Assembly (NCBI GenBank): GCA_964291235.2
Contig: OZ219816.1
Coordinates: forward strand, 1,856,001 to 1,920,000
Reading direction: 5' to 3'
DNA length: 64,000 nt
DNA from: Vicinamibacteria bacterium
GTDB taxonomy: Bacteria > Acidobacteriota > Vicinamibacteria > Marinacidobacterales > Marinacidobacteraceae
Below, piece after piece: positions 8,809-18,184 of the stretch; position 1 is the first letter of the stretch, and each line of letters starts with the position of its first letter. A program made the translations under genes and the position numbers. The notes beneath the pieces were generated by a model. That model ran no database searches. It was not told the DNA's origin and saw only the letters and a list, made by a program, of their open reading frames with translations.

Positions 8809-10923
8809 TCACTCCTCACCCACGAACCGGACCCGATGTCCCGTGGGCGCCACCTCGACCCGGAGCGAGAGTCCGTCCAGCAGAACCGTTCCGCCATCCT
8901 CGACGGCGCCCGTTCGTTCCCCGTCCTCATCCCGGGAACACTCATCGAGAATCCCGTTGCGGTTCGTATCGACGCATACGAAGTCGCTCAGCGAGGCGAC
9001 CGCCACGGTGTCGGAGTTCCCGGCGAGCCCGCCCGGCCCGCCGGTGTTGAAGAGACCGTCCACATTCGCATCAACGACGCCGACCAGGACCGGTTCACCG
9101 GCAGGCGGATCGACTTCGCCAACCCAGGTGCTGCCGCCCATCACGCCCAGCCCCTCGGAAAGATCGCGCCCGGTCCACAACCGGATCGCGTAGGGCAACG
9201 TTTCGCCGGAGGCGTAGGAGACCCGCAGCACGGTGTGGACACCGGGTTCGCGCCACGGATCCCCCCGGTTGCGCCCCAGCAGCAGGGGAGGTCCGTCATC
9301 GGTCAGATCGCGGTTCTGGTTGCGATCCACATGGATGCGGTCCACGAAGTGCTCGAAGTAGGCGAGCGGGTCGGGCGAGTCCTCGCACAGCGCCGGAAAC
9401 AGGACGGTCTCGCAGGCTTCGGCCCGGTGGAATCGCTCGACCATGACGTGGAACTCGCGGGTTCCGTCCCCCAGTTCGAGGACGTGGTAGGACTGCTCGT
9501 CCCCCTCCGCCGGCGGAAAGACGACGGACGTGTTCCTTCCGGCGAGTGTCGGGACCACAGGGTGTTCCGCGTTCGTGACGGACAGGACGCCCTCCACGTT
9601 CGTGCGGAATGTCAGGTGCTCGTTCCGGCCGCCCGGCTCCAGAACCGGGTCCAGCCGATCCGGCATCCCGTCGCCGTCGTCATCGTCGTCGAGGTTGTCT
9701 CCGATTCCGTCCCCGTCCGTATCCCTCCACTCTCCCGGATCCAGGGGGAACGGGTCGGCAGCGTTCTCCACCCCGTCGCCGTCGGCGTCCGCGTCCTCGA
9801 AATTCCCAATCCCGTCGCGGTCGGTGTCGAGGTACTCGCGCCGATCCGTGGGGAGGGCGTCCAGGAAATCCAGCGCGCCGTCATCATCGTCGTCCGGGTC
9901 CCGGGAGTTGGGGATTCCGTCGCCGTCCGGATCCTCGCTGGCCGCCGCGGCGCCTCTTCCCTGGAGTCCGCCGAGCGAGAGCCACTGCCATATTTCCGGC
10001 CAGGAAGTGGCGCCCAGCGCGCAGTGCCCGCCGGGCGCGGCGAGATCCCAGCGGGTGTCGAGCCCCAGGGTCTCGTCGTAGTACTGAGCGAGAGCGACGG
10101 ACTCGCCGTGCAGGAAGTCTCCGGTAGTGGCCTGCACGAAGACCCGGAAGCGCTCGCCCACAAAGTCCGCGGAGGACGGGTTCCAGGGAATGGAAGGACT
10201 CCACTCGGGCGCGGCTCGGGGTGGGCGCCGGCCGGAGTCCGGATCCCACAGACAGCCGCACCAGGCATGAAAACCGCCCCCGTAGATCCCCGCGTAGCGC
10301 TCGAAGAACCGCGCGAGGAAACAGGTCCCCTGGGACGCGCCGAAGAACACGATCTGGTCGTGATTGACCGCGGCCGAGGCGCCGAACCCGCTCTGCAGGA
10401 GTTCGTGGAGGAGCCGCAGGTCGCGGTGTTCCCAGGCGCGCCGGCCGTCCCCTTCGAAGTCCTGGTCGAACAACTCGGCAGGATGCCCGCGCGGGGTGGA
10501 TTGCGGCGCGGCCACCAAGGCAGCGATGAGGCCGAGTTCGTGCGCCGCGGCGATGGGCCCCGAACCGGCCGGGATGAAGTTCACCAGCCTCTCGGTGGTC
10601 CCCGTCGCGAGGCCGTGCAGAAAGATCAGCACGCCGCGCGGCGCCTTCAGGTCCCAGCTCTCGTCGAAGTGCAGCCGGAAGCGGATGGTCCGACCCTCGG
10701 AGTTCGTGAACGTTCCATCCAGGGGTGAACCGGGCGGCGGGTCCGGCTCGGGAGGCGGAGGCGGGGGTGGCGGAGCGGGCGGCGGTTGGGTGGGAACCGT
10801 CGGAGCGGGGGCCGGGGCGCTGTCATCCGCGCACCCCGCGACGAACGAGGCAGCCGCAGCCGACAACAGGAGCGCCAGGGCCGCCCTTCCCGAGATTGGG
10901 GAGGCATCTCTCGGGTGAGGCAT
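8809..10923 (-). CDS. lipoprotein with alpha/beta-hydrolase-like domain, thrombospondin type-3-like Asp-rich repeats and unknown C-terminal domain
   Basis: Signal ending FVAGC, poly-Pro linker, IFLHG and FGASQG motifs, DxDGDG repeats at about 9650-9935; ATG at 10923. Confidence 0.75.
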   Translation of the reverse strand: MPHPRDASPISGRAALALLLSAAAASFVAGCADDSAPAPAPTVPTQPPPAPPPPPPPPEPDPPPGSPLDGTFTNSEGRTIRFRLHFDESWDLKAPRGVLIFLHGLATGTTERLVNFIPAGSGPIAAAHELGLIAALVAAPQSTPRGHPAELFDQDFEGDGRRAWEHRDLRLLHELLQSGFGASAAVNHDQIVFFGASQGTCFLARFFERYAGIYGGGFHAWCGCLWDPDSGRRPPRAAPEWSPSIPWNPSSADFVGERFRVFVQATTGDFLHGESVALAQYYDETLGLDTRWDLAAPGGHCALGATSWPEIWQWLSLGGLQGRGAAAASEDPDGDGIPNSRDPDDDDDGALDFLDALPTDRREYLDTDRDGIGNFEDADADGDGVENAADPFPLDPGEWRDTDGDGIGDNLDDDDDGDGMPDRLDPVLEPGGRNEHLTFRTNVEGVLSVTNAEHPVVPTLAGRNTSVVFPPAEGDEQSYHVLELGDGTREFHVMVERFHRAEACETVLFPALCEDSPDPLAYFEHFVDRIHVDRNQNRDLTDDGPPLLLGRNRGDPWREPGVHTVLRVSYASGETLPYAIRLWTGRDLSEGLGVMGGSTWVGEVDPPAGEPVLVGVVDANVDGLFNTGGPGGLAGNSDTVAVASLSDFVCVDTNRNGILDECSRDEDGERTGAVEDGGTVLLDGLSLRVEVAPTGHRVRFVGEE

Positions 10924-10940
10924 CAGGTCAGCCCGGAGCC

Positions 10941-11870
10941 TCAGTCCGGGGGCAGCGGGGCGGTGCGCTCCGTGATCAGCCCGTAGTGCTCGGTCCGCCG
11001 GTGGCGGGCGAAATCGAAGACGTGGCACCTCAGGTCGGTTCCCACTTCGAGATCGCAGTCGGCGATGATCAGTTCGTCTCCCTCGCCCGCCGACTCGGCA
11101 ACGATCTCCCCGTTCGGAGAGACGATCGCCGAGCCGGCAATGAGGCGGCTGCCGTCCTCGACGCCGCACTTCGCGGCGGCCACCACCCAGGTGGCGTTCT
11201 GGTAGGCGCCCGCCTGCAGCGATAGCCGGTGGTGGAACATCCGGAGGTGCGCCGGCTCCCGGTGGTGGATGTTCACCTCGGGGGTGTTGTATCCGAGCAC
11301 GATCATCTCGACGCCCTGGAGCCCGAGGACCCGGTAGGTCTCCGGCCAGCGGCGGTCGTTGCAGATGCACATCCCGAAGATCCCGTCAAAGGCGCGCCAC
11401 ACCGGAAACCCGAGGTCACCGACCTCGAAGTAGCGCTTTTCGAGATGTTGGAATGGCGCTTCGGGAAGGTGATGCGAGTGTCCGGGGAGATGGACCTTCC
11501 GGTACTTCGCGAGGATTTCGCCGCGGTCCACCAGGATCGCGGTGTTGAAATGGCGGTTGCCGCCCCCTTCCCGGACCAGTTCGGCGTAGCCGAGGTGGAA
11601 GCCGACGCCGAGCCGCCGGGACGCGTCGAACAGGGCCTGGGTCTCCGGGCCGGGCATCGCGGTCTCGAAATACTCGTCCGCGGCGGACGCGTTCTCGAAG
11701 AAGTAGCGCGGAAAGAAGGTGGTGAGGGTGAGTTCCGGAAAGACCACCAGCCGGCAGCCGCCCGCGGCCGCCCGTTCCATGAGGGCGAGCAGCCGCTCGA
11801 CCACCTGGGTTCTCGTCTCTTCCGGCTGGATGCCGCCGACCTGGGCGGCGGCGACCCGGAGGATGCGCAT
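10941..11870 (-). CDS. N-carbamoyl-D-amino-acid hydrolase (nitrilase superfamily)
   Basis: FPELTLTTFFPR, YRKVHLPGH, FQHLEKRYF, CICNDRRWPE (E-K-C triad), LGYNTP; ATG 11870. Confidence 0.92.
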   Translation of the reverse strand: MRILRVAAAQVGGIQPEETRTQVVERLLALMERAAAGGCRLVVFPELTLTTFFPRYFFENASAADEYFETAMPGPETQALFDASRRLGVGFHLGYAELVREGGGNRHFNTAILVDRGEILAKYRKVHLPGHSHHLPEAPFQHLEKRYFEVGDLGFPVWRAFDGIFGMCICNDRRWPETYRVLGLQGVEMIVLGYNTPEVNIHHREPAHLRMFHHRLSLQAGAYQNATWVVAAAKCGVEDGSRLIAGSAIVSPNGEIVAESAGEGDELIIADCDLEVGTDLRCHVFDFARHRRTEHYGLITERTAPLPPD

Positions 11871-11927
11871 GGGCGCGGATTGTAGGAGGCGTGACCGGGG
11901 CCGCCCCCGGGGACGGATAATCGCGCA

Positions 11928-13589
11928 ATGCCTCGCTCTTCGCTGGTAGCCGCTCTGGCCGGCTTGATCTTCTGTGGCTGCGGGGGCGCCGAGGCGCCAC
12001 CGCCCCGCCCCAACATCCTGGTCCTGATCGCCGATGACCTCGGCTACACCGATCTCGGCGCCTTCGGCGGTGAGATCCGGACCCCCAACCTGGACGGCCT
12101 GGCCGCCTCCGGGCTGCGCTTCACGAGCTTCTACACCGCCGCCACCTGCTCGCCGACCCGCGCGATGCTGCTCTCCGGGGTGGACCACCACCGGGCCGGA
12201 CTCGGGGGGATGGCGAGCCTGATGGGGGACGACCTCGAGGGCCGGATCGGCTACGAGGGATATCTCAACGAGCATGTCTTCCACCTGCCCGCGGTGCTGC
12301 GGGACGCGGGCTACCACACCTCGATCGCCGGGAAATGGCACCTCGGCCAGGCGGCGGAGCAGAGCCCGCCGACCCGGGGATTCGACCGCTCGTTCGTCCT
12401 CCTGCCCGGAGCGGCCAGCCACTTCGAGGACGCGGCGCCGGTGGACACGCTCGACGACATCCACTACCGGCGCGACGGGGAGATCGTTCCGGCATTGCCC
12501 GCGGGCTTTTATTCCACCCGGGCGCACACCAACGAGCTCATCAGCTACATCCAGGAGGCGAAGGAGGCCGGCAAGCCCTTCTTCGCGCTCGGAACCTACA
12601 CCGCGCCCCACTGGCCGCTCCAGGTCCCCGACGAGTTCCTCGACCTCTACGCCGGAGCCTACGACGACGGCTGGGAGGAACTCGCCGCCCGGCGGGTGGC
12701 CGGGGCGAAGCGCGCCGGGGTGATTCCTGCGGACACGGCTCTCCCCCCGCTGCCCAACTACTCCCGGCGCTGGGACGAGTTGAGCGACGAGGAACGCCGG
12801 GTGGAGGCCCGCAAGATGGAGCTCTACGCCGCCATGGTGGAACGGCTCGATCACCACGTGGGCCGGCTGATCGCCGAAATCCGGGAACTCGGGGAGTTTG
12901 AGAACACCCTGATCGTCTTCTTCTCGGACAACGGAGCGGCCGGCGAGGACGTCAGCGGACTCGCTGACAACGAAACCTTCCTGCCCCAGCGGTTCGATCT
13001 GTCCTACGAAAACATGGGCCGCCTGGACTCCTTTGTCTACTACGGCCCGGAATGGGCCAGCGCCGCGAGCGGCCCCTACCGCCACTTCAAGCAGTTCGTC
13101 CACGAGGGCGGCATCCGGGTGCCGGGCTTCGCGATCGTGCCACCGGCGCTCGCCGAGCGGCTTCCGGGCGCCACGACCGACGCCTACCTCCACGTGACCG
13201 ATCTGTTTCCGACCTTCCTCGACCTCGCGGGGGTGGAAATGCCGGACGCTCCCGACAAGATCGCACCGGTCGGGCGATCCATGGCGCCCCTGCTGCGCGC
13301 CGAGGCCGAGGTGGTTCACGAGGAGCCCGCCGCGGGCTGGGAGATCTTCGGCCGCCGGGCGATCCGCAAGGGTTCGTGGAAGGCCTCCTGGCTGGCCCCG
13401 CCTCTCGGCAAGGGCGACTGGGCGCTTTACAACCTCGACGAGGATCCGGGCGAGTTGACCGACCTGGCGGATGCCCGTCCCGAGGTGCTCGCGGAACTGC
13501 TGGCCGCGTGGGACGACTACGTGGAGGAGAACGGGGTGATCGTCGTCGAAGAAGACCGGGCGTTCGGCCCGCCGGTGTCGCTGCGCTGA
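11928..13589 (+). CDS. arylsulfatase (Cys-type, formylglycine-dependent), probable lipoprotein
   Basis: PNILVLIADDLG, CSPTR, GKWHLG, APHWP, FSDNG. Confidence 0.95.
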   Translation: MPRSSLVAALAGLIFCGCGGAEAPPPRPNILVLIADDLGYTDLGAFGGEIRTPNLDGLAASGLRFTSFYTAATCSPTRAMLLSGVDHHRAGLGGMASLMGDDLEGRIGYEGYLNEHVFHLPAVLRDAGYHTSIAGKWHLGQAAEQSPPTRGFDRSFVLLPGAASHFEDAAPVDTLDDIHYRRDGEIVPALPAGFYSTRAHTNELISYIQEAKEAGKPFFALGTYTAPHWPLQVPDEFLDLYAGAYDDGWEELAARRVAGAKRAGVIPADTALPPLPNYSRRWDELSDEERRVEARKMELYAAMVERLDHHVGRLIAEIRELGEFENTLIVFFSDNGAAGEDVSGLADNETFLPQRFDLSYENMGRLDSFVYYGPEWASAASGPYRHFKQFVHEGGIRVPGFAIVPPALAERLPGATTDAYLHVTDLFPTFLDLAGVEMPDAPDKIAPVGRSMAPLLRAEAEVVHEEPAAGWEIFGRRAIRKGSWKASWLAPPLGKGDWALYNLDEDPGELTDLADARPEVLAELLAAWDDYVEENGVIVVEEDRAFGPPVSLR

Positions 13590-13604
13590 GCGAACGGGCG
13601 GCAG

Positions 13605-15074
13605 CTACTTCAGGAAATCCGTCGCCCCGAACCGGCGGGCCAGCGCCACCGACCAGGACGGACGGCCGAGCGGCGCGGCGGACCCGGGCCGGTCGCGGAC
13701 GATGAACTGTCCGCTGCCCGGCTGGGCGCGCGGCTGACCGTCCCGCACCACCACTTCGCCGCGCCGCAGCACGGTCTCGGGGAATCCCTTGATCTGACGG
13801 CCTTCGTACGGCGAATAGCCCACGTGGTCGTGGAGGTCCGCCCAGCGGATGTCCACCACCTGGTCCGGATTCCAGATCGCGAGGTCCGCATCACTTCCCG
13901 GCGCGATCGTTCCCTTCTTCGGATACAGGCCGAAGAGCCGGGCCGGCGCCTCGCAGCAGACCGCGACGAAGCGCTGGAGGCTGATCCGGGCCTTGCCGAC
14001 GCCCTCGGAGAAGAGCAGCGGCATCCGCAGCTCGACACCGGGAACGCCGTTACAGATCTTTGGGAAAGGCGGCTCGGGTCCCCACGCCAGCTTTCCCTTG
14101 TCGTCGAAGCTGTAGGGCGCGTGGTCGGAGCTGACCACGTCGAAAGTCCCGTCGGCGATGCCTTCCCAGAGCGCTTCCTGGCATTCCTCGTCGCGGGGCG
14201 CGGGACTGCAGCAGAACTTGGCCCCCTCCATCCCCGGCTTGTCGAGGTCCTCCGCGGTGAGCAGAAGGTACTGGGGACAGGTCTCGGCAAACACCTTGAG
14301 ACCGCGCCGCCGGGCGGCCGCGATCTCCTCGGCGGCTTCCTTCGAGGAGACGTGGACGATGTAGAGGGGCGCGTCCACGAGTTCGGACAGCTCGATGGCG
14401 CGGCCGGTGGCCTCGCTCTCGGCGAGCTTGGGGTGGCCGGCGGCGTGGAACTTGGGGGCCTGGTGCCCCTCCCCGACCAGACGCCCCGAGAGCCAGCCGA
14501 TCATGTCGTGATTTTCGGCATGGACCATGGTGAGCGCGCCCATCCGCCGCGCCGCTTCCAGGACATCGAGGAACTGCCGGTCGTCGAGGCGCACCAGGTC
14601 GTAGGTCATGTAGATCTTGAAAGAGACCACGCCCTCCGCGACGAGCTGCGGGATCTCCTCTTCGAGCGCCTCGGGCGTGGGGTCGGAGACGATGAGGTGA
14701 AACCCGTAGTCCGAGACCGCCTTCGGCCCCGCCGCCTCGTGGTAGGCGGCCACCACTTCCCGGGGTGAGGCTCCCTTCCCCTGCACCGCGAAGGAGAGGA
14801 CGGTGGTCGTGCCCCCGCAGACGGCCGAGACGGTCCCGGAGTGGTAGTCGTCGGCGCACATCAGCCCCATCGAGGACTTCTGCTCGATGTGGGTGTGGGC
14901 GTCCACGCCGCCGGGGATGACGAGCCGGCCCTTCGCGGAGAGTTCTTCCTCGCCGCTGCCGAGTTCCGGTTCGACGGCCCGGACCACGCCCCCCGAGATG
15001 CCGACATCGGCGGACCGGACACCCTCGGCGGTGACAACGGTGCCGCCGCGCACCACCAGATCGAAATCAGCCAT
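13605..15074 (-). CDS. hydA: dihydropyrimidinase / D-hydantoinase
   Basis: PGGVDAHTH, SFKIYMTY, VHAEN, YIVHVS, ETCPQYL, SSDHAP, NGVPGVE. Confidence 0.93.
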   Translation of the reverse strand: MADFDLVVRGGTVVTAEGVRSADVGISGGVVRAVEPELGSGEEELSAKGRLVIPGGVDAHTHIEQKSSMGLMCADDYHSGTVSAVCGGTTTVLSFAVQGKGASPREVVAAYHEAAGPKAVSDYGFHLIVSDPTPEALEEEIPQLVAEGVVSFKIYMTYDLVRLDDRQFLDVLEAARRMGALTMVHAENHDMIGWLSGRLVGEGHQAPKFHAAGHPKLAESEATGRAIELSELVDAPLYIVHVSSKEAAEEIAAARRRGLKVFAETCPQYLLLTAEDLDKPGMEGAKFCCSPAPRDEECQEALWEGIADGTFDVVSSDHAPYSFDDKGKLAWGPEPPFPKICNGVPGVELRMPLLFSEGVGKARISLQRFVAVCCEAPARLFGLYPKKGTIAPGSDADLAIWNPDQVVDIRWADLHDHVGYSPYEGRQIKGFPETVLRRGEVVVRDGQPRAQPGSGQFIVRDRPGSAAPLGRPSWSVALARRFGATDFLK

Positions 15075-15130
15075 CGGAAGCGCGCGATTCTAAGCGGAGC
15101 GCGTTCCGCCTTGTCCGCTCCGATGTCAGC

Positions 15131-15691
15131 TCAAGACATGAGTTTCAGCAAGCGGGTCGTCGTGTTCCAGTTACGGATCGTCATGTCCTGGTACACCGGC
15201 ATCGAGACGAGCCGGCTGAGGTAGCTCCGGGACGCCTGGCTGATCAGCCGCGAGAAGTAGAGGACTCCGTTGCCGGCCCAAGCCTCGTCCACACCGGGCC
15301 GGGTGCGGACCTTCTCGATAGCGGCGCCGGCCGTCAGGGCAGGTCTCAGGAAGAGGGTGTCGTAGCGATAGCGATCGGGTTGCGACCCGAATCCGGCCGG
15401 CGCTCCGGCGACCACCGCCTCCATCTCCTCGCGGGAGCGCAGCACAACTCGGGCCTGGTAGTTGAACGCCGAGGCCAACATCTCCTCGATGCGAATCGTC
15501 AGTGGGCCGGGAGCCGAGCCGGACGAATGGAAGATCACGTTTCCGCTCTGGATATAGGTGGTGACCTCACGGAAGCCCTCAACCTCGAAGCGGCTGCGGA
15601 GTTCGGCCATCCGGATCACGTTCTTGCCGCCGACGTTGATGCCGCGCAGGAGAGCGACGTAGGTGTCGCCCGGCGTGCCGGATAGCGTCAT
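15131..15691 (-). CDS. DUF1697 family protein
   Basis: YVALLRGINVGGKN, TYIQSGNV, TIRNWNT. Confidence 0.92.
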   Translation of the reverse strand: MTLSGTPGDTYVALLRGINVGGKNVIRMAELRSRFEVEGFREVTTYIQSGNVIFHSSGSAPGPLTIRIEEMLASAFNYQARVVLRSREEMEAVVAGAPAGFGSQPDRYRYDTLFLRPALTAGAAIEKVRTRPGVDEAWAGNGVLYFSRLISQASRSYLSRLVSMPVYQDMTIRNWNTTTRLLKLMS

Positions 15692-15730
15692 GTCAAGGCG
15701 GCTTGATCCGTCGAGCGCCGCCGATTGCCC

Positions 15731-16219
15731 TTATTCCCGGATCACCCGGCCGAACATGAAGCCGCCGACCTCGCCGTGGTCCCAGGTGCCGCCGTAGCGA
15801 TCGCCGTCAAACACGATCGTGGCGCCGAACTCCTCGCCCAGGCCGGGAATCTCGAAATCCACCATGCGGATGATCGGAACGTCCCCGGCCCAGCGAATCG
15901 GGACCACAACCGGCAGGGTCACATCCACGTCGCCGTAGGTGATCCGGGCATCGAACCGCCAGCGGTCGCCGTCCAGCTTGGTCACGCCCGCGATCTCGTA
16001 GCGGTCGCTGTAAACGCCGTCCCGAGCTTCCGGCCAGGCGACGGTGAAGCTGCCGTCGAGCACCACCTCGCGCATCCGCTCCTCGAAGGCCCGCTCACGG
16101 TCTTCGAGGCTCGCTTCCGGGGCCACCCGTCCGACTCCGATCCCCGACGCAAGCCAGCCGGCGCCTCCCGCGAGAGCGAGGAGCGAAACGAGTGCCGCGA
16201 TCTTCAAAATGCTGCGCAT
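15731..16219 (-). CDS. hypothetical exported/membrane-anchored protein
   Basis: N-terminal hydrophobic segment then beta-rich domain (WAGDVPII, YGGTWDHGEVGGFMFG); fills gap between real genes. Confidence 0.7.
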   Translation of the reverse strand: MRSILKIAALVSLLALAGGAGWLASGIGVGRVAPEASLEDRERAFEERMREVVLDGSFTVAWPEARDGVYSDRYEIAGVTKLDGDRWRFDARITYGDVDVTLPVVVPIRWAGDVPIIRMVDFEIPGLGEEFGATIVFDGDRYGGTWDHGEVGGFMFGRVIRE

Positions 16220-16283
16220 GACGAGCCTCCCAAGCGAAGGGGACGGTAGCACCGGGCGGGACCGCCGCTATCCTGTTTCCGCG

Positions 16284-17630
16284 ATGGACTCCCCGGCGCC
16301 GTCTCCGGAAACCCTGGACCGGAAGCCAACGCCGGAGGAACAGCAGGCCGCGGCCGCACACCTCCGGCGGGCGGAGCGAGAGGCGGCACGGTCGCGGCGG
16401 ATTCCGGAGGGAGTGACGGGCTCCGAGATTGAAAGCGCCGGGATCATCGGCTTCGGAACCATGGGCCGCGGGATCGCGATGTCCTTCGCGGCGGCGGGAA
16501 TCCGGGTCGCCGTTTTCGAGGAGTCGGACGCCGCCTGGACACGGGGCGAGACCGCCGTCGCCGGCAGCCTCGCGCGGGCGGTCGGCCGGGGGAAGATTGG
16601 CGCTGCGGAGGCGGAACGTCAGCAGCGCCGAATCCGCCGGGCGACGCGGTTCGAAGACCTCGGCGACGCGGACTTCTGTGTCGAGGCGGTCTTCGAGGAC
16701 ATGGCCGTCAAGAAGGCGGTCTTCCGCCGCCTCGACCGGATCGCGAGACCGGGAGCGGTCCTCGCCACGAACACCTCCTCCCTCGATGTGAACGTCATCG
16801 CCGCCGCTACCGGACGGCCGGACGCGGTCGTGGGGACACACTTCTTCAGCCCGGCGCACGTCATGCGGCTGTTGGAAGTCGTGGTGGGCGACGCGACGTC
16901 GCCGGACACGCTGGCGACCGCCATGACCCTCGGTGTCCGCCTCGGGAAGGCGCCCGTGCCGGTGGGGGTCTGCGACGGTTTCGTGGGGAACCGGATGCTC
17001 TACGCCTACCGTCGCCAGGCGGACCGACTGCTTCTCGAAGGGGCGCTGCCCGAACAGGTGGACGAGGCGCTCCAGGGCTTTGGGTTCCGCATGGGTCCCT
17101 TCGCAGTGGCGGACCTGGCCGGACTGGACATCGGGCGGGCGGTCCGGAGACGGCTGGCGCAGGAGGCCGAGGCGCGCGGCGCGCCCCCTCCCCCGCCGAA
17201 CGTCGCCGACCGGCTCTGCGAACAGGGACGGTTCGGGCAGAAGACCAGCGCGGGGTTTTACCGATACGACTCCGGAGACCGGACGCCCCATCCCGACCCC
17301 GAGGTCGCGGAGATCGCCCGCCGGGAGTCGGCCGCGCAGGGGATCGAACGCCGGAAGGTGGGCACCCGGGAAATTCTCGAGCGTTGCCTGTTCGCGCTCG
17401 TGAACGAGGGAGCCGAGATCCTCGGTGAGGGGATCGCGGAACGGGAAGGCGATGTGGACGTGGTCTGGGCGCTCGGCTACGGGTTCCCGCGAGAGTGCGG
17501 CGGCCCGATGTATTGGGCGCAGCGAATCGGTCTGCCGGCGGTGGTCACGGCGCTGGACCGACTCGCCGGCGCGACGGGAGATCCCCACCTGGCGCCATCG
17601 CGGGGCCTGCTGGAACTCGCCGTCCGCTGA
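16284..17630 (+). CDS. 3-hydroxyacyl-CoA dehydrogenase (FadB/FadJ-type C-terminal part, no hydratase domain)
   Basis: GFGTMGRGI, VEAVFED, ATNTSS, HFFSPA, GFVGNR, GRFGQKT, second helical domain GYGFP...GGP. Confidence 0.9.
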   Translation: MDSPAPSPETLDRKPTPEEQQAAAAHLRRAEREAARSRRIPEGVTGSEIESAGIIGFGTMGRGIAMSFAAAGIRVAVFEESDAAWTRGETAVAGSLARAVGRGKIGAAEAERQQRRIRRATRFEDLGDADFCVEAVFEDMAVKKAVFRRLDRIARPGAVLATNTSSLDVNVIAAATGRPDAVVGTHFFSPAHVMRLLEVVVGDATSPDTLATAMTLGVRLGKAPVPVGVCDGFVGNRMLYAYRRQADRLLLEGALPEQVDEALQGFGFRMGPFAVADLAGLDIGRAVRRRLAQEAEARGAPPPPPNVADRLCEQGRFGQKTSAGFYRYDSGDRTPHPDPEVAEIARRESAAQGIERRKVGTREILERCLFALVNEGAEILGEGIAEREGDVDVVWALGYGFPRECGGPMYWAQRIGLPAVVTALDRLAGATGDPHLAPSRGLLELAVR

Positions 17631-17635
17631 CCCGC

Positions 17636-17971
17636 CTACCCGATCCGTTCCCCACCTCGCGGTCCGTAGAAGATGACCCACGCCTTGAACGACTCGTCGA
17701 AGTCGAGAAACCGGTGCGGGACGCCCGCGGGAACGAAAAAGAAGTCTCCCGGCCGGAAAGACACCGTCTCTTCTCCCATTCGGAACCGCCCCTCGCCCTC
17801 GACGATCACGTAGCACTCGTCCTGGTCGTGCGGCTGCTGTGGGTCCGTGCCCTCGGGCGCGTAGAGCCCGATTTCAAGGGTGCCGCGGTTCAACGCGACG
17901 AAGTAACGATCGTCGGGTAGCTGGGCGGCGCAGTCCGCGGGAGAGATCTTTCGGCAGTCCGTGCGTTTCAT
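17636..17971 (-). CDS. cupin domain protein
   Basis: QQPHDQDECY and PGDFFFVPAGVPHRF cupin motifs. Confidence 0.88.
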   Translation of the reverse strand: MKRTDCRKISPADCAAQLPDDRYFVALNRGTLEIGLYAPEGTDPQQPHDQDECYVIVEGEGRFRMGEETVSFRPGDFFFVPAGVPHRFLDFDESFKAWVIFYGPRGGERIG

Positions 17972-18080
17972 GGGGTCAGGGTAGCGAGCGCGTGCCGTCG
18001 CGGCCCTTCTTGTCCGTTGACGCGAGCGCTCCTGGCGTTGACGTCTTCGCCATCACGGATTGGGTCCGGGACGTGGGGAC

Positions 18081-18143
18081 GATCAGGTTTGGGAGTTTCG
18101 CTCCGCTGCGCGGAGCGATGCCGGCCTGGAGGCCGGCGTTCCC
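18081..18143 (-). repeat. REP double-hairpin unit
   Basis: GATCAGGTTTGGGAGTTTCGCTCCGCTGCGCGGAGCGATGCCGGCCTGGAGGCCGGCGTTCC closely matches the reverse complement of 25996-26054. Confidence 0.85.
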
Positions 18144-18184
18144 TGCCCGACGCGCCGCGATACCGGGTGGGGACGGCCTTGTCT

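Noticed and set aside
10941-13319. 792-aa carbamoylase fusion
   Set aside because: N-terminal part is antisense to the sulfatase; real start 11870
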